A stretch of DNA of 64,000 nt from the NCBI GenBank assembly GCA_963717145.1, contig OY970325.1, positions 832,001 through 896,000 of the forward strand, given 5' to 3'. Positions 1-7,689 of the stretch are shown here, one piece after another. The stretch's first letter is position 1. Each line of letters opens with the position of its first letter. Under the pieces are notes generated by a model. It was not told the origin of the DNA. It was given only the letters and a program-made list of their open reading frames with translations, and made no database searches. The DNA comes from an uncultured Armatimonadetes bacterium. GTDB lineage: Bacteria > Armatimonadota > UBA5829 > DTJY01. The position numbers and the translations under genes were made by a program.

Positions 1-2
1 TG

Positions 3-1397
3 CTGGCCATCAGCCCGTTGTTCGGGGCAGGGACGGCCGGCGCGCCGAAGGACATCGCGCTGACCATCTACAATCAGAATTTCGCGCTCGTCAAGGAAGA
101 GCGCGACATGACGCTCACCCAGGGGATCAATTACATCTCCGTCATGGATGTCGCTTCCCAGATCGAGCCGACATCGGTCGCATTCAAATCGCTTACCGCC
201 CCGAACTCGGTCGTCGTGAGGGAGCAGAACTACCAGTATGACCTGATCAGCACTGACACGATTCTGAACAAGTCGGTCGGCAAGCGGGTCAAGGTCCGCC
301 GGATCATCGACGGCAGGATGAATGAGGTCGAGGGCATCCTGCTCAGTTCCGCCCAGAATGGTCGAGTCATCCAGACCGCGACGGGAATTCTGCTCAATCC
401 ATCAGGCGAGATCGAGGTCCAGGAACTCCCGGGAGGATTGGTCTCCACCCCGACTTTGGTCTGGAAACTCGAAGCAGACAAAGCCGGCCAACATAACACG
501 CAGATTTCGTACCTGACGAACGGCATCAGTTGGCTCGCGGACTATGTGGCGGTGGTTGATCCGCTCGACAAGTTCGTCGATATCGTGGGCTGGGTGACTC
601 TTACCAACCAGAGCGGCGCCACCTATGAGAATGCGTCCCTGAACCTGATGGCCGGCGACGTTCGGAGAGTGCAGCAGGGACAAGTCGATTATCTCACCAT
701 GGAGGGCGCCTATGGAGGTATGAAGGCTGCGGCGCCTCAGTTCACGGAGAAGGCATTCTATGAGTATCACCTCTACACACTCCAGGGGAAGACGACGGTT
801 CGCAATAACGAGACGAAGCAGATGACTCTCATGACCGCCGCCCAGGTCCCCGCGAAGAAGATCTATATCTTCGATGGACTCAGAGGCTGGTGGAATCCCT
901 GGATGAGTTCCGGCTACAGGCCCGGTGAGAGCTACGACGTGAATGCCAACAAGAAGATCAATGTGCTGATGGAGATCGCCAATACGAAGGAGAACCATCT
1001 CGGCATCCCGCTCCCCAAGGGCCGCGTCCGAGTCTACAAGCAGGAACTTGACGCGAATCAGCAGTTCATCGGCGAGGACGAGATCGATCACACCCCGAAG
1101 GACGAGAAGGTCCGCCTCTACCTGGGCGATGCGTTCGATATCGTCGGGACGCACACTCGGACCAACTTCCGGCGGATCAGTGGCAATGAGGTCGAGGAGA
1201 GCTTCGAGATCAGCGTCCGTAACCACAAAGACGCGCCGGTGACGGTTACCCTCGTAGAGCATCTCTTCAGCGACTGGAAGATCCTTCAGTCGAGCCACAA
1301 GTACACGAAGAAGGACGCCTCGACCGTTGAGTTCCTGGTCGATGTGCCGAAGGACGGCGAAGTCAAGGTGACGTACACTGCGCGAACCAAATGGTAG
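3..1397 (+). CDS. DUF4139/DUF4140-type secreted protein (5' end truncated by window)
   Basis: Frame open from window start; motifs LTIYNQNFALVKE, SYLTNGISW.ADY, YEYHLY, LPKGRVRVY, FIGED.IDHTP. Confidence 0.85.
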   Translation: MAISPLFGAGTAGAPKDIALTIYNQNFALVKEERDMTLTQGINYISVMDVASQIEPTSVAFKSLTAPNSVVVREQNYQYDLISTDTILNKSVGKRVKVRRIIDGRMNEVEGILLSSAQNGRVIQTATGILLNPSGEIEVQELPGGLVSTPTLVWKLEADKAGQHNTQISYLTNGISWLADYVAVVDPLDKFVDIVGWVTLTNQSGATYENASLNLMAGDVRRVQQGQVDYLTMEGAYGGMKAAAPQFTEKAFYEYHLYTLQGKTTVRNNETKQMTLMTAAQVPAKKIYIFDGLRGWWNPWMSSGYRPGESYDVNANKKINVLMEIANTKENHLGIPLPKGRVRVYKQELDANQQFIGEDEIDHTPKDEKVRLYLGDAFDIVGTHTRTNFRRISGNEVEESFEISVRNHKDAPVTVTLVEHLFSDWKILQSSHKYTKKDASTVEFLVDVPKDGEVKVTYTARTKW

Positions 1398-1425
1398 GAG
1401 AATGAGGGAATGGCTGATGGTTTAT

Positions 1426-2497
1426 TGTCCAGTCTCATGACATTATGAACACCGTGGGTTGAAAAGAAGGAGGTGCATGCGGTAGTCTCTTTGATGATCG
1501 CCAAACCAAAAAAGGAGACCACTCGCATGCAGATCCATTCTAACGCAACCAGCAATATGAAGCAACGGCGGTTTTTCAGGCAGAGTCCCAAGAGCTGCAG
1601 AAAGCTCGCAGATATCTGCCATGTATCGCCGGCAACAGTCTGCAAATGGAAGGCCCGGGGTGACCAGCAAGACCGCAGCAGTCGGCCCAGGAAGATCCAT
1701 TATGCATTCAGCCCCGAAGAGGAGGAGATCATCCTCTCGCTCCGGGACAAAGGTCTAGCACTCGATGCACTGGTGCGTGCAGTAGTCACAGTTCTGCCGA
1801 ATGCAGAACGCGCCAGTATACATCGCTTACTGAGCAGAAAAGGGGTGAGCAGACTCCCCCAGTACCAAAAAGAAAAGAGAGAAAGTCCAGGCAAGTTCAA
1901 AGAGTATCTGCCTGGATACCTTCACATAGACTGTTTCTACCTGCCCAAGATCGGGGGCAAGAGGAAGTATTGCTTCGTTGCGGTAGACAGAGCAACAAGG
2001 CTAGCCTTCCTCCAGGTGTACGACAACCTAACCAAGGAATCCGCAGTGGGCTTCCTTGGACTGTGCATGTGGTTCTATCCGTTCATGATCCACAAGATCC
2101 TGACAGACAACGGTAGAGAGTTCACTCTGGCCAATTGGAGCCGTTGGGGCAGTCCGGCGAAGAGACCTCACTTCTTTGATGAAGTATGCTCAGCCTGTGG
2201 TATTGAACACAGGCTCACCCGGCCGTATACACCAAAGACCAACGGTCTGGTGGAACGCATGAACGGACTGATCCAGGAGGGCACGTACAAGATGCACAGA
2301 TATCCTGGATATCCGGAGTTGATAGATGGACTCCACCAGTGGCTGACCATCTACAATCTAAGGAGACAGCACAGCGCGATCGGTGGCAAGACACCCTATG
2401 AGAAGGTCTGCGATTGGTACGCGCAAAGACCAGATCTGTTTATCAAAGAGCCTACCGACTTACTGAACTACCGTTCACAACGTGGTGGGACTTGACA
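1426..2497 (+). mobile_element. IS481-family insertion sequence
   Basis: TGT...ACA ends; 25-bp imperfect TIRs 1426-1450 and 2473-2497 (19/25 match); flanking 6-mers gtttat (1420-1425)/gttaat (2498-2503); more AT-rich than flanks. Confidence 0.9.
1527..2495 (+). CDS. IS481-family DDE transposase
   Basis: MQIHSNA start after AAGGAG; DRSSRP motif; catalytic motifs HID, LTDNG.EF, PKTNG.VER. Confidence 0.92.
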   Translation: MQIHSNATSNMKQRRFFRQSPKSCRKLADICHVSPATVCKWKARGDQQDRSSRPRKIHYAFSPEEEEIILSLRDKGLALDALVRAVVTVLPNAERASIHRLLSRKGVSRLPQYQKEKRESPGKFKEYLPGYLHIDCFYLPKIGGKRKYCFVAVDRATRLAFLQVYDNLTKESAVGFLGLCMWFYPFMIHKILTDNGREFTLANWSRWGSPAKRPHFFDEVCSACGIEHRLTRPYTPKTNGLVERMNGLIQEGTYKMHRYPGYPELIDGLHQWLTIYNLRRQHSAIGGKTPYEKVCDWYAQRPDLFIKEPTDLLNYRSQRGGT

Positions 2498-2572
2498 GTT
2501 AATGGTTGATGGGAGCCCATCGGCCATCAGCCATTCCCCATTAACCATCAACCATCCCCCATTAACCATTGC
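2498..2572. repeat. Inverted heptamer array (TGGNNNA / CCATNNN), left arm interrupted by the IS481
   Basis: ccatcag ccattcc ccattaa ccatcaa ccatccc ccattaa ccattgc; complementary units tggctga tggttta at 1411-1424 and tggttga at 2503-2509. Confidence 0.85.
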
Positions 2573-2597
2573 CCTTGCCTGCCCATTGCTGTATAAT
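2569..2597 (+). promoter_or_regulatory. sigma70-like promoter of surE
   Basis: TTGCCC-17 bp-TATAAT, ATG 9 nt after the -10 box. Confidence 0.6.
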
Positions 2598-2606
2598 TCG
2601 TGAGGC

Positions 2607-3374
2607 ATGGGCAACAGACCGAACATTCTGATCACCAACGACGACGGAATCCACGCGGAGGGCATCATGGCCCTCAAGACCGCGCTGGACCCGGTCGGCA
2701 ATGTCATTGTCGTCGCCCCCGACCGTCCCCGGAGCGCATCCGGGCATTCGATCACGCTTCATAAACCCCTGCGCGTGGACAAGACGCACCTCCCCGACGG
2801 CTCGATCGGCTACTCGACCAACGGCACGCCATCGGACTGCGTTACTCTCGGCGTGCTCGATGTCGTCGGCGGCAAGGTGGACCTGGTCGTCTCGGGCATA
2901 AACGACGGACCGAACCTGGGATGGGATCTGACTTATTCGGGCACAGTCTCGGCGGCGATGGAGGGCGCGATCATGGGCGTCTCGTCGTTCGCGATCTCGG
3001 TTGCCTCGCACGATGAAGGTATCTCGTTCGGTTACGCCGCCGCTTTCTCGGCTCATCTGGCCAGTATCCTGCTCGAGCACCCACTCCCCGAGGATACGCT
3101 GCTCAACGTGAATGTCCCGGCCGGTGACATCCAGGGCATCGAGATCACCACTCAGGGCAAACGCCGGTACGCCGGGCGTGTGGACAAGCGCGTCGATCCC
3201 TCCGGGCGGTCGTACTACTGGATCGGCGGAGATGTCCTGCCGGAGGAACTCGAAGAGGGTACGGACGTGAAGGCCGTCGCCGATGACAGAATCTCCGTCA
3301 CACCCGTGCACCTCGATCTCACCGGCTACGGTTCGCTCGATGAGATTCGGACCTGGGGAATCGAGCTGTTTTGA
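2607..3374 (+). CDS. surE: 5'/3'-nucleotidase SurE
   Basis: ILITNDDGI, GTPSDCV, VVSGIN.GPNLG, YSGTVSAAMEG, ISVTPVH. Confidence 0.97.
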   Translation: MGNRPNILITNDDGIHAEGIMALKTALDPVGNVIVVAPDRPRSASGHSITLHKPLRVDKTHLPDGSIGYSTNGTPSDCVTLGVLDVVGGKVDLVVSGINDGPNLGWDLTYSGTVSAAMEGAIMGVSSFAISVASHDEGISFGYAAAFSAHLASILLEHPLPEDTLLNVNVPAGDIQGIEITTQGKRRYAGRVDKRVDPSGRSYYWIGGDVLPEELEEGTDVKAVADDRISVTPVHLDLTGYGSLDEIRTWGIELF

Positions 3375-3378
3375 GTGC

Positions 3379-3507
3379 GTAGGAGGGATTTGCCGGGATG
3401 GTTTGTGCCCGGTAATCCCGAACGTCCTTCGTTACACGTCCAGAGACGCACTCAGGATAAGCGGTCGGGATTACCGGGCACAAACCATCCCGGCAAATCC
3501 CTCCTAC
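3379..3507. repeat. GTAG-type REP doublet (REPIN-like)
   Basis: Perfect 43-bp inverted arms 3379-3421 / 3465-3507 beginning GTAG, each with an inner GGGATT..CCGGG/CCCGG..AATCCC hairpin. Confidence 0.9.
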
Positions 3508-3524
3508 ATGAAGGAGACGGAGAA

Positions 3525-4250
3525 TTGGAATTCAAGATAATCGACGCGAGCACGCTGATCGGAACGCATCCGACGCATCATCTCGACCTCTCCGCGGATC
3601 GGCTTCTCCGCGATATGGAGACGTTCAAGATCACCGCGAGCCTCACGCTCTCGACCATCGGCGTCTTCTCCGATCACGCCCGAGGGAACACCGTGACCCT
3701 GGAGACCGCGAAGGCCAACCAGCGCCTCGTGCCGGTCGCGACCGTCAACCCGGTGCGATGCTTCGACATCGCGTGTGACGTTCAGAACCTCAAGGCGCAG
3801 GGCTTCCGAATCTGCAAGTTCTACTCCGGCGAGCAGGACTGGCCTGTGGACTCGGCAGCGTTCATCCACGTTCTCACTCAACTCGCCGCCCAGAAGATGC
3901 CGATCATGATCAGCGCGGAGACCCGCGGAGAGCCGTCGCGGATTGCGCGTCTCACGGCCAACTATCCGGCGCCGGTCATACTATGCGGGGTCTGCGGCGA
4001 GAACCTGAGCGAGGTCCTGGCGGTGTCCTCCGCGGCGAACATCATGGTGGAGACACACGAATTGCACATTCCCGGCGCGCTCGAACTCCTGGCAGAGCGG
4101 ATGAGCCCCGAGCGAATCGTGTTCGGATCGGGCGCTCCCCGACGGTCGATCGCCTCATCCCTCTACTACGTCATGTATTCCGAGCTGTCGGACGATCAGA
4201 AGCAGCTCGTCCTTGGCGCAAACATCAAGCGAATCCTGGAGGGCGCGTAA
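3525..4250 (+). CDS. Amidohydrolase_2-like TIM-barrel protein (degenerate metal site)
   Basis: TTG start after AAGGAG; IIDA, ATVNP, ERIVFGSGAP, LGANIKRIL. Confidence 0.75.
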   Translation: MEFKIIDASTLIGTHPTHHLDLSADRLLRDMETFKITASLTLSTIGVFSDHARGNTVTLETAKANQRLVPVATVNPVRCFDIACDVQNLKAQGFRICKFYSGEQDWPVDSAAFIHVLTQLAAQKMPIMISAETRGEPSRIARLTANYPAPVILCGVCGENLSEVLAVSSAANIMVETHELHIPGALELLAERMSPERIVFGSGAPRRSIASSLYYVMYSELSDDQKQLVLGANIKRILEGA

Positions 4251-4982
4251 ATGGCTATTGATATCCGCGTGAACTACTCAGATTTCGATGCAGTCGGTCG
4301 TCCTTACGGGAAGGATGGCGTCCTCAAGGCGATGGAACGGTACAGCATCGAGATTGCCGTGCTGACCTCCAAGCTGGCTGTGGAGTGCGACTTCCGACAA
4401 GGCAACGAGGAGCTGTACGAGGTACTCAAGAGCGACGACCGCCTCTACGGCTACTTCGTCGTCAATCCGAACTACCCGGAGGAGTCGGTCGAACTGATGC
4501 GCCAGAGGATGAACTCGCCCAAGTTCCTGGCTGTGGCGCTCTATTCCGGCTCGACGAAGCCCTATCCGAACATGGCCGACTTCGACGAGATACTGAACGG
4601 CTACCGGCGGTTCACGAAGCCGGTGTTCGTTCATGCCTCGAACCTGGAGGCGGTCGATGCCGTCGACGAGATGGCGAAGGCATTCCCGACGCTGAAGTTC
4701 ATCCTCGGCGGGATGGGCGGCCCGGACTGGAAGCGGGCGGTCATCGTCGCGGAGGCGCGGGTGAACGTCTTCCTGGAGACCTCGGGCTCGTATGACTCGG
4801 AGAAGATCGGGGATGCGGTCGAGCAGGTCGGCGCGCACAGGATTCTCTTCGGAAGCGACCAGCCGTTCGCGGATCCGGCATCGATGCTCGCGCTGATCAA
4901 GAGCAGCGGGATCGGAGACGAGGCGATGGGCGAGATCGCGGGCCAGAACGCGCGGAAGCTCTTCGAGGCGCTCGCGGGATAG
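4251..4982 (+). CDS. Amidohydrolase_2-like TIM-barrel protein
   Basis: VVNPNY, NVFLETSG, HRILFGSDQPF, GQNARKLF; starts immediately after the previous stop. Confidence 0.8.
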   Translation: MAIDIRVNYSDFDAVGRPYGKDGVLKAMERYSIEIAVLTSKLAVECDFRQGNEELYEVLKSDDRLYGYFVVNPNYPEESVELMRQRMNSPKFLAVALYSGSTKPYPNMADFDEILNGYRRFTKPVFVHASNLEAVDAVDEMAKAFPTLKFILGGMGGPDWKRAVIVAEARVNVFLETSGSYDSEKIGDAVEQVGAHRILFGSDQPFADPASMLALIKSSGIGDEAMGEIAGQNARKLFEALAG

Positions 4983-5009
4983 GTGTTGGGTGTCAGGTGT
5001 TGGGTGTTT
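4982..5009. repeat. Heptamer array GGTGTNN x4 (single arm)
   Basis: ggtgttg ggtgtca ggtgttg ggtgttt; same unit as at 21240 and 26452. Confidence 0.8.
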
Positions 5010-5080
5010 GGGATCCGTCAGCCCTGAGTGTGCCGGTAAATGACGGCATGGATCGAAGGGCGGGATAGGGCTTACCAGTA

Positions 5081-5145
5081 GACCTCCGGGAAAGCTTCCT
5101 CACTCGTCTCTGTTGGGGTAAACCACGTGGACATCCATCGCGCCG
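5081..5145. repeat. Diverged direct-repeat copy of 6951-7015 (3' end of the gene at 6970-7491)
   Basis: 54/65 identical at offset 1870; encodes GAMDVHVVYPNRDE* versus GARDVHVVYPNRDD*. Confidence 0.85.
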
Positions 5146-5278
5146 TGATATTCCTGCCAACGATTCGTACCTCTGAGAGCGTCAGACTTATGGAGGAGCG
5201 ATTCCCAGTGTGCATGCGGACCACTGAGAACAACTGCGAACGCCTCCCTGCAACTCGCCCTGAAGGAGGTTTCCAGCA

Positions 5279-6919
5279 ATGAACATCGGAGCAATACTGT
5301 CGTGGAAGCGGCTGCTGATCGTTGCCGTACTCGCCGTAAGTCAGCCAACCTGGGGAGCGGAGCTTCAGTTGGATCCCGTTTCCGTCAAGAAGAACTCACT
5401 GGCCGTCGTCGTGGACCCGCGCATGGAGCTGCTCTCCATAGTGCAGTATCTGAGTGATTACCGCACCGCGCATCCCACGCTGGTGGCGCAGAGTCAGTTC
5501 CAGTACCGCACTGAGGTCGATGAGTGGTTCTCCCGCTCGAAGGATCATCCGGTGATGGAGATGTTCAGCCGGATGGCCTCGAAGGGCTTCGGCTTCGATG
5601 CCCCGCCGAATTTCGTCCTGTATCTGAACCAGGACCTGTCCCTTGATCCCGCTCTCGCCACCGACGGGCGACTCGAATTGGATCGTATGGGCGGGAAGGA
5701 TCAGATGGCGAGATTCGTAGCGGCTTTCAAGTCGTTCGCGGTAGACTCCGGCTTCCCGGAGTTCTACCAGAAGCATCTCCCCTACTACAAGCAGATCGCC
5801 GAGGAGACGATGAAGACCGTGGGGGGCGGGGATAACGTTGGCGAGGTCGAGAAGTACTACGGAGACAAGAGAAACAGCTACTCGGTTGTCATTGCATCGC
5901 TGTTCGGCCACGGATCATTCGGTCCACAGATCGAGCGAAAGAGGGGCGTGAAGGACATATACTGCGTCATGGGGCCGACTGGCGTGCGGGATGGCACCCC
6001 GGTGTTCGGATCAACCGATATCTTCAATTACCTCCAGCGGCATGAGTTCAGCCACTCGTTCGTCAATCCTCTGACCGCTAAGCACTGGGACCTCGTTGGC
6101 AAGTACTCGAATCTGCTCGCTCCGATGGCAGAGAAGATGAGGGCTTCGGCATATGGCGAGTGGCACACCGTCGTCAATGAGAGCATTATCCGCGCGGTGA
6201 CCAGCAGGCTGGCCTACCGTATTGATGGTCGCGAGGCAGGAGACAAGGAGCTGAACGAAAACAAGTCCAGGGGGTTCGTGTTCACGGACGCCCTCGTCGG
6301 CAAGCTGGAGGAGTACGAGCAAAACCGCAGTAAGTATCCGACGTTCGATTCGTATTACCCTGAACTGGTCAAGGCTTTTGAAGGTTTCTCCCCGGATTCC
6401 GTTCGCGCTCTTCTTCCGAAAGAAGGCATGACGATCAACCGGCAATCGCAGGTCGGCAAGTGCATCGTATACGACGTGGCAGAGGGCGAGGGCACAGCTG
6501 ACGCTGTCAGTTACATCACAAAGATGCACGACCGCTTCTGGTCCTCGCGGGAATTGGTCGATGCGGCGAAGCTCGACGAGCCGGCGCGGAAAGAGAAGCT
6601 CAAGGACGGATTTGTCATCTATACAACGATCGGCTCGCCCGTGTTCAATGCCGCGACGGCGCCTCTGGGCATCAAGATCGACAAAGGCACGTTCGAGTGG
6701 AAGGGCGTGAAGGCCCCGGTCGGCGAGCTTCGGGTCTTCCTGATCGGCAAGAACCCTTATGGCAGGGGCTACTGCACGGTGTATGCCGGCGGGTCAACTC
6801 GGCTGTTGTCCGGCATGAACAGCCTTTTCCACGGACCGTGCTCGTATCACATCTTCCAAGGCATCAAGTTGCTGAAGGAGGGTCACTACGACGGTGAGTT
6901 CGTCAGTATCGAGCGCTGA
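5279..6919 (+). CDS. Secreted DUF4932-like protein, putative zinc metallopeptidase
   Basis: Signal peptide; VDPRMELLSIV; HEFSHSFVNP (HExxH) and downstream NESIIRA. Confidence 0.8.
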   Translation: MNIGAILSWKRLLIVAVLAVSQPTWGAELQLDPVSVKKNSLAVVVDPRMELLSIVQYLSDYRTAHPTLVAQSQFQYRTEVDEWFSRSKDHPVMEMFSRMASKGFGFDAPPNFVLYLNQDLSLDPALATDGRLELDRMGGKDQMARFVAAFKSFAVDSGFPEFYQKHLPYYKQIAEETMKTVGGGDNVGEVEKYYGDKRNSYSVVIASLFGHGSFGPQIERKRGVKDIYCVMGPTGVRDGTPVFGSTDIFNYLQRHEFSHSFVNPLTAKHWDLVGKYSNLLAPMAEKMRASAYGEWHTVVNESIIRAVTSRLAYRIDGREAGDKELNENKSRGFVFTDALVGKLEEYEQNRSKYPTFDSYYPELVKAFEGFSPDSVRALLPKEGMTINRQSQVGKCIVYDVAEGEGTADAVSYITKMHDRFWSSRELVDAAKLDEPARKEKLKDGFVIYTTIGSPVFNAATAPLGIKIDKGTFEWKGVKAPVGELRVFLIGKNPYGRGYCTVYAGGSTRLLSGMNSLFHGPCSYHIFQGIKLLKEGHYDGEFVSIER

Positions 6920-6969
6920 GGAGGCGCCCGCCGGATAGGCTCTGTCTGTTGACTTCGGGGAAAGCCCTC

Positions 6970-7491
6970 TCAATCGTCCCTGTTGGGGTAGACGACGTGG
7001 ACATCCCTTGCGCCGGCTTCGTTCAGGATGCGCTCGGGATCGGCGGTGTCATGCTCATCGACATGTACAGCCACCAGCACCGCGCCTGCGTCGATACTCG
7101 TCATGTATCCGTGCGCCTCGTCCTCGCTGATCCCCAGGTCGCGGAACGCCCCGACGACCGTGCCCGCGGTCGCGCCGAGTGCCGCGCCGCCGAGTAAGCC
7201 GGCCAGTGGCCCGAGAACGATGAGCGATCCGGGGAGTATGACCGAGGTGACGCCTGCCAGCAGCCCTAGGATTCCGCCGAGCACTCCGCCCGCCATCGCG
7301 TCATTCAGGGTCTCATTCCCGGGTGGATTCTCCTCGACCTCGTCGATCTCGTCCGTGGTCTCCGGCGATTCCCCGTCACCCTTGGCCATTACGGTGATGC
7401 TGTTCGGCGGGCAACCGGCGTCCTGGAGTGTCGCCACCGCCTGCTTTGCATCATCGGCATTCAGGAACAGCCCAACTACTGTGACATCCAT
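6970..7491 (-). CDS. General stress protein/YflT-like glycine-zipper membrane protein
   Basis: VVGLF...A..AV..L..AG; GGVLGGILGLLAG; LGISEDEA..Y...I.AG.VLVAV. Confidence 0.8.
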   Translation of the reverse strand: MDVTVVGLFLNADDAKQAVATLQDAGCPPNSITVMAKGDGESPETTDEIDEVEENPPGNETLNDAMAGGVLGGILGLLAGVTSVILPGSLIVLGPLAGLLGGAALGATAGTVVGAFRDLGISEDEAHGYMTSIDAGAVLVAVHVDEHDTADPERILNEAGARDVHVVYPNRDD

Positions 7492-7513
7492 AACTCTCTC
7501 CTGCTGCGTGCTG

Positions 7514-7581
7514 TGTAGTGGCCGTGCCTCAGTGCCGGCCTGCGACTGTAGTATGGCCGGCACTGAGGCGCGGCCACTACA
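7514..7581. repeat. GTAG-type REP doublet
   Basis: 27-bp inverted arms 7514-7540 / 7555-7581, one mismatch. Confidence 0.85.
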
Positions 7582-7689
7582 TGACAACACTGTTTACCCA
7601 CCATGCCCTGAGATCAAGCCGCCGGGAGGATTGGCGACCTCTGCGGTCGAAGGTTGGACTAAGCATTTGTCACGGGAGGGACCGCCACA

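Noticed and set aside
3375-3524. N-terminal extensions in the ORF track (also 7492-7590, 18417-18614, 22991-23056, 24796-25155, 38149-38220)
   Set aside because: They read through repeats or neighbouring genes; better starts with RBS or family-typical N-termini lie downstream.
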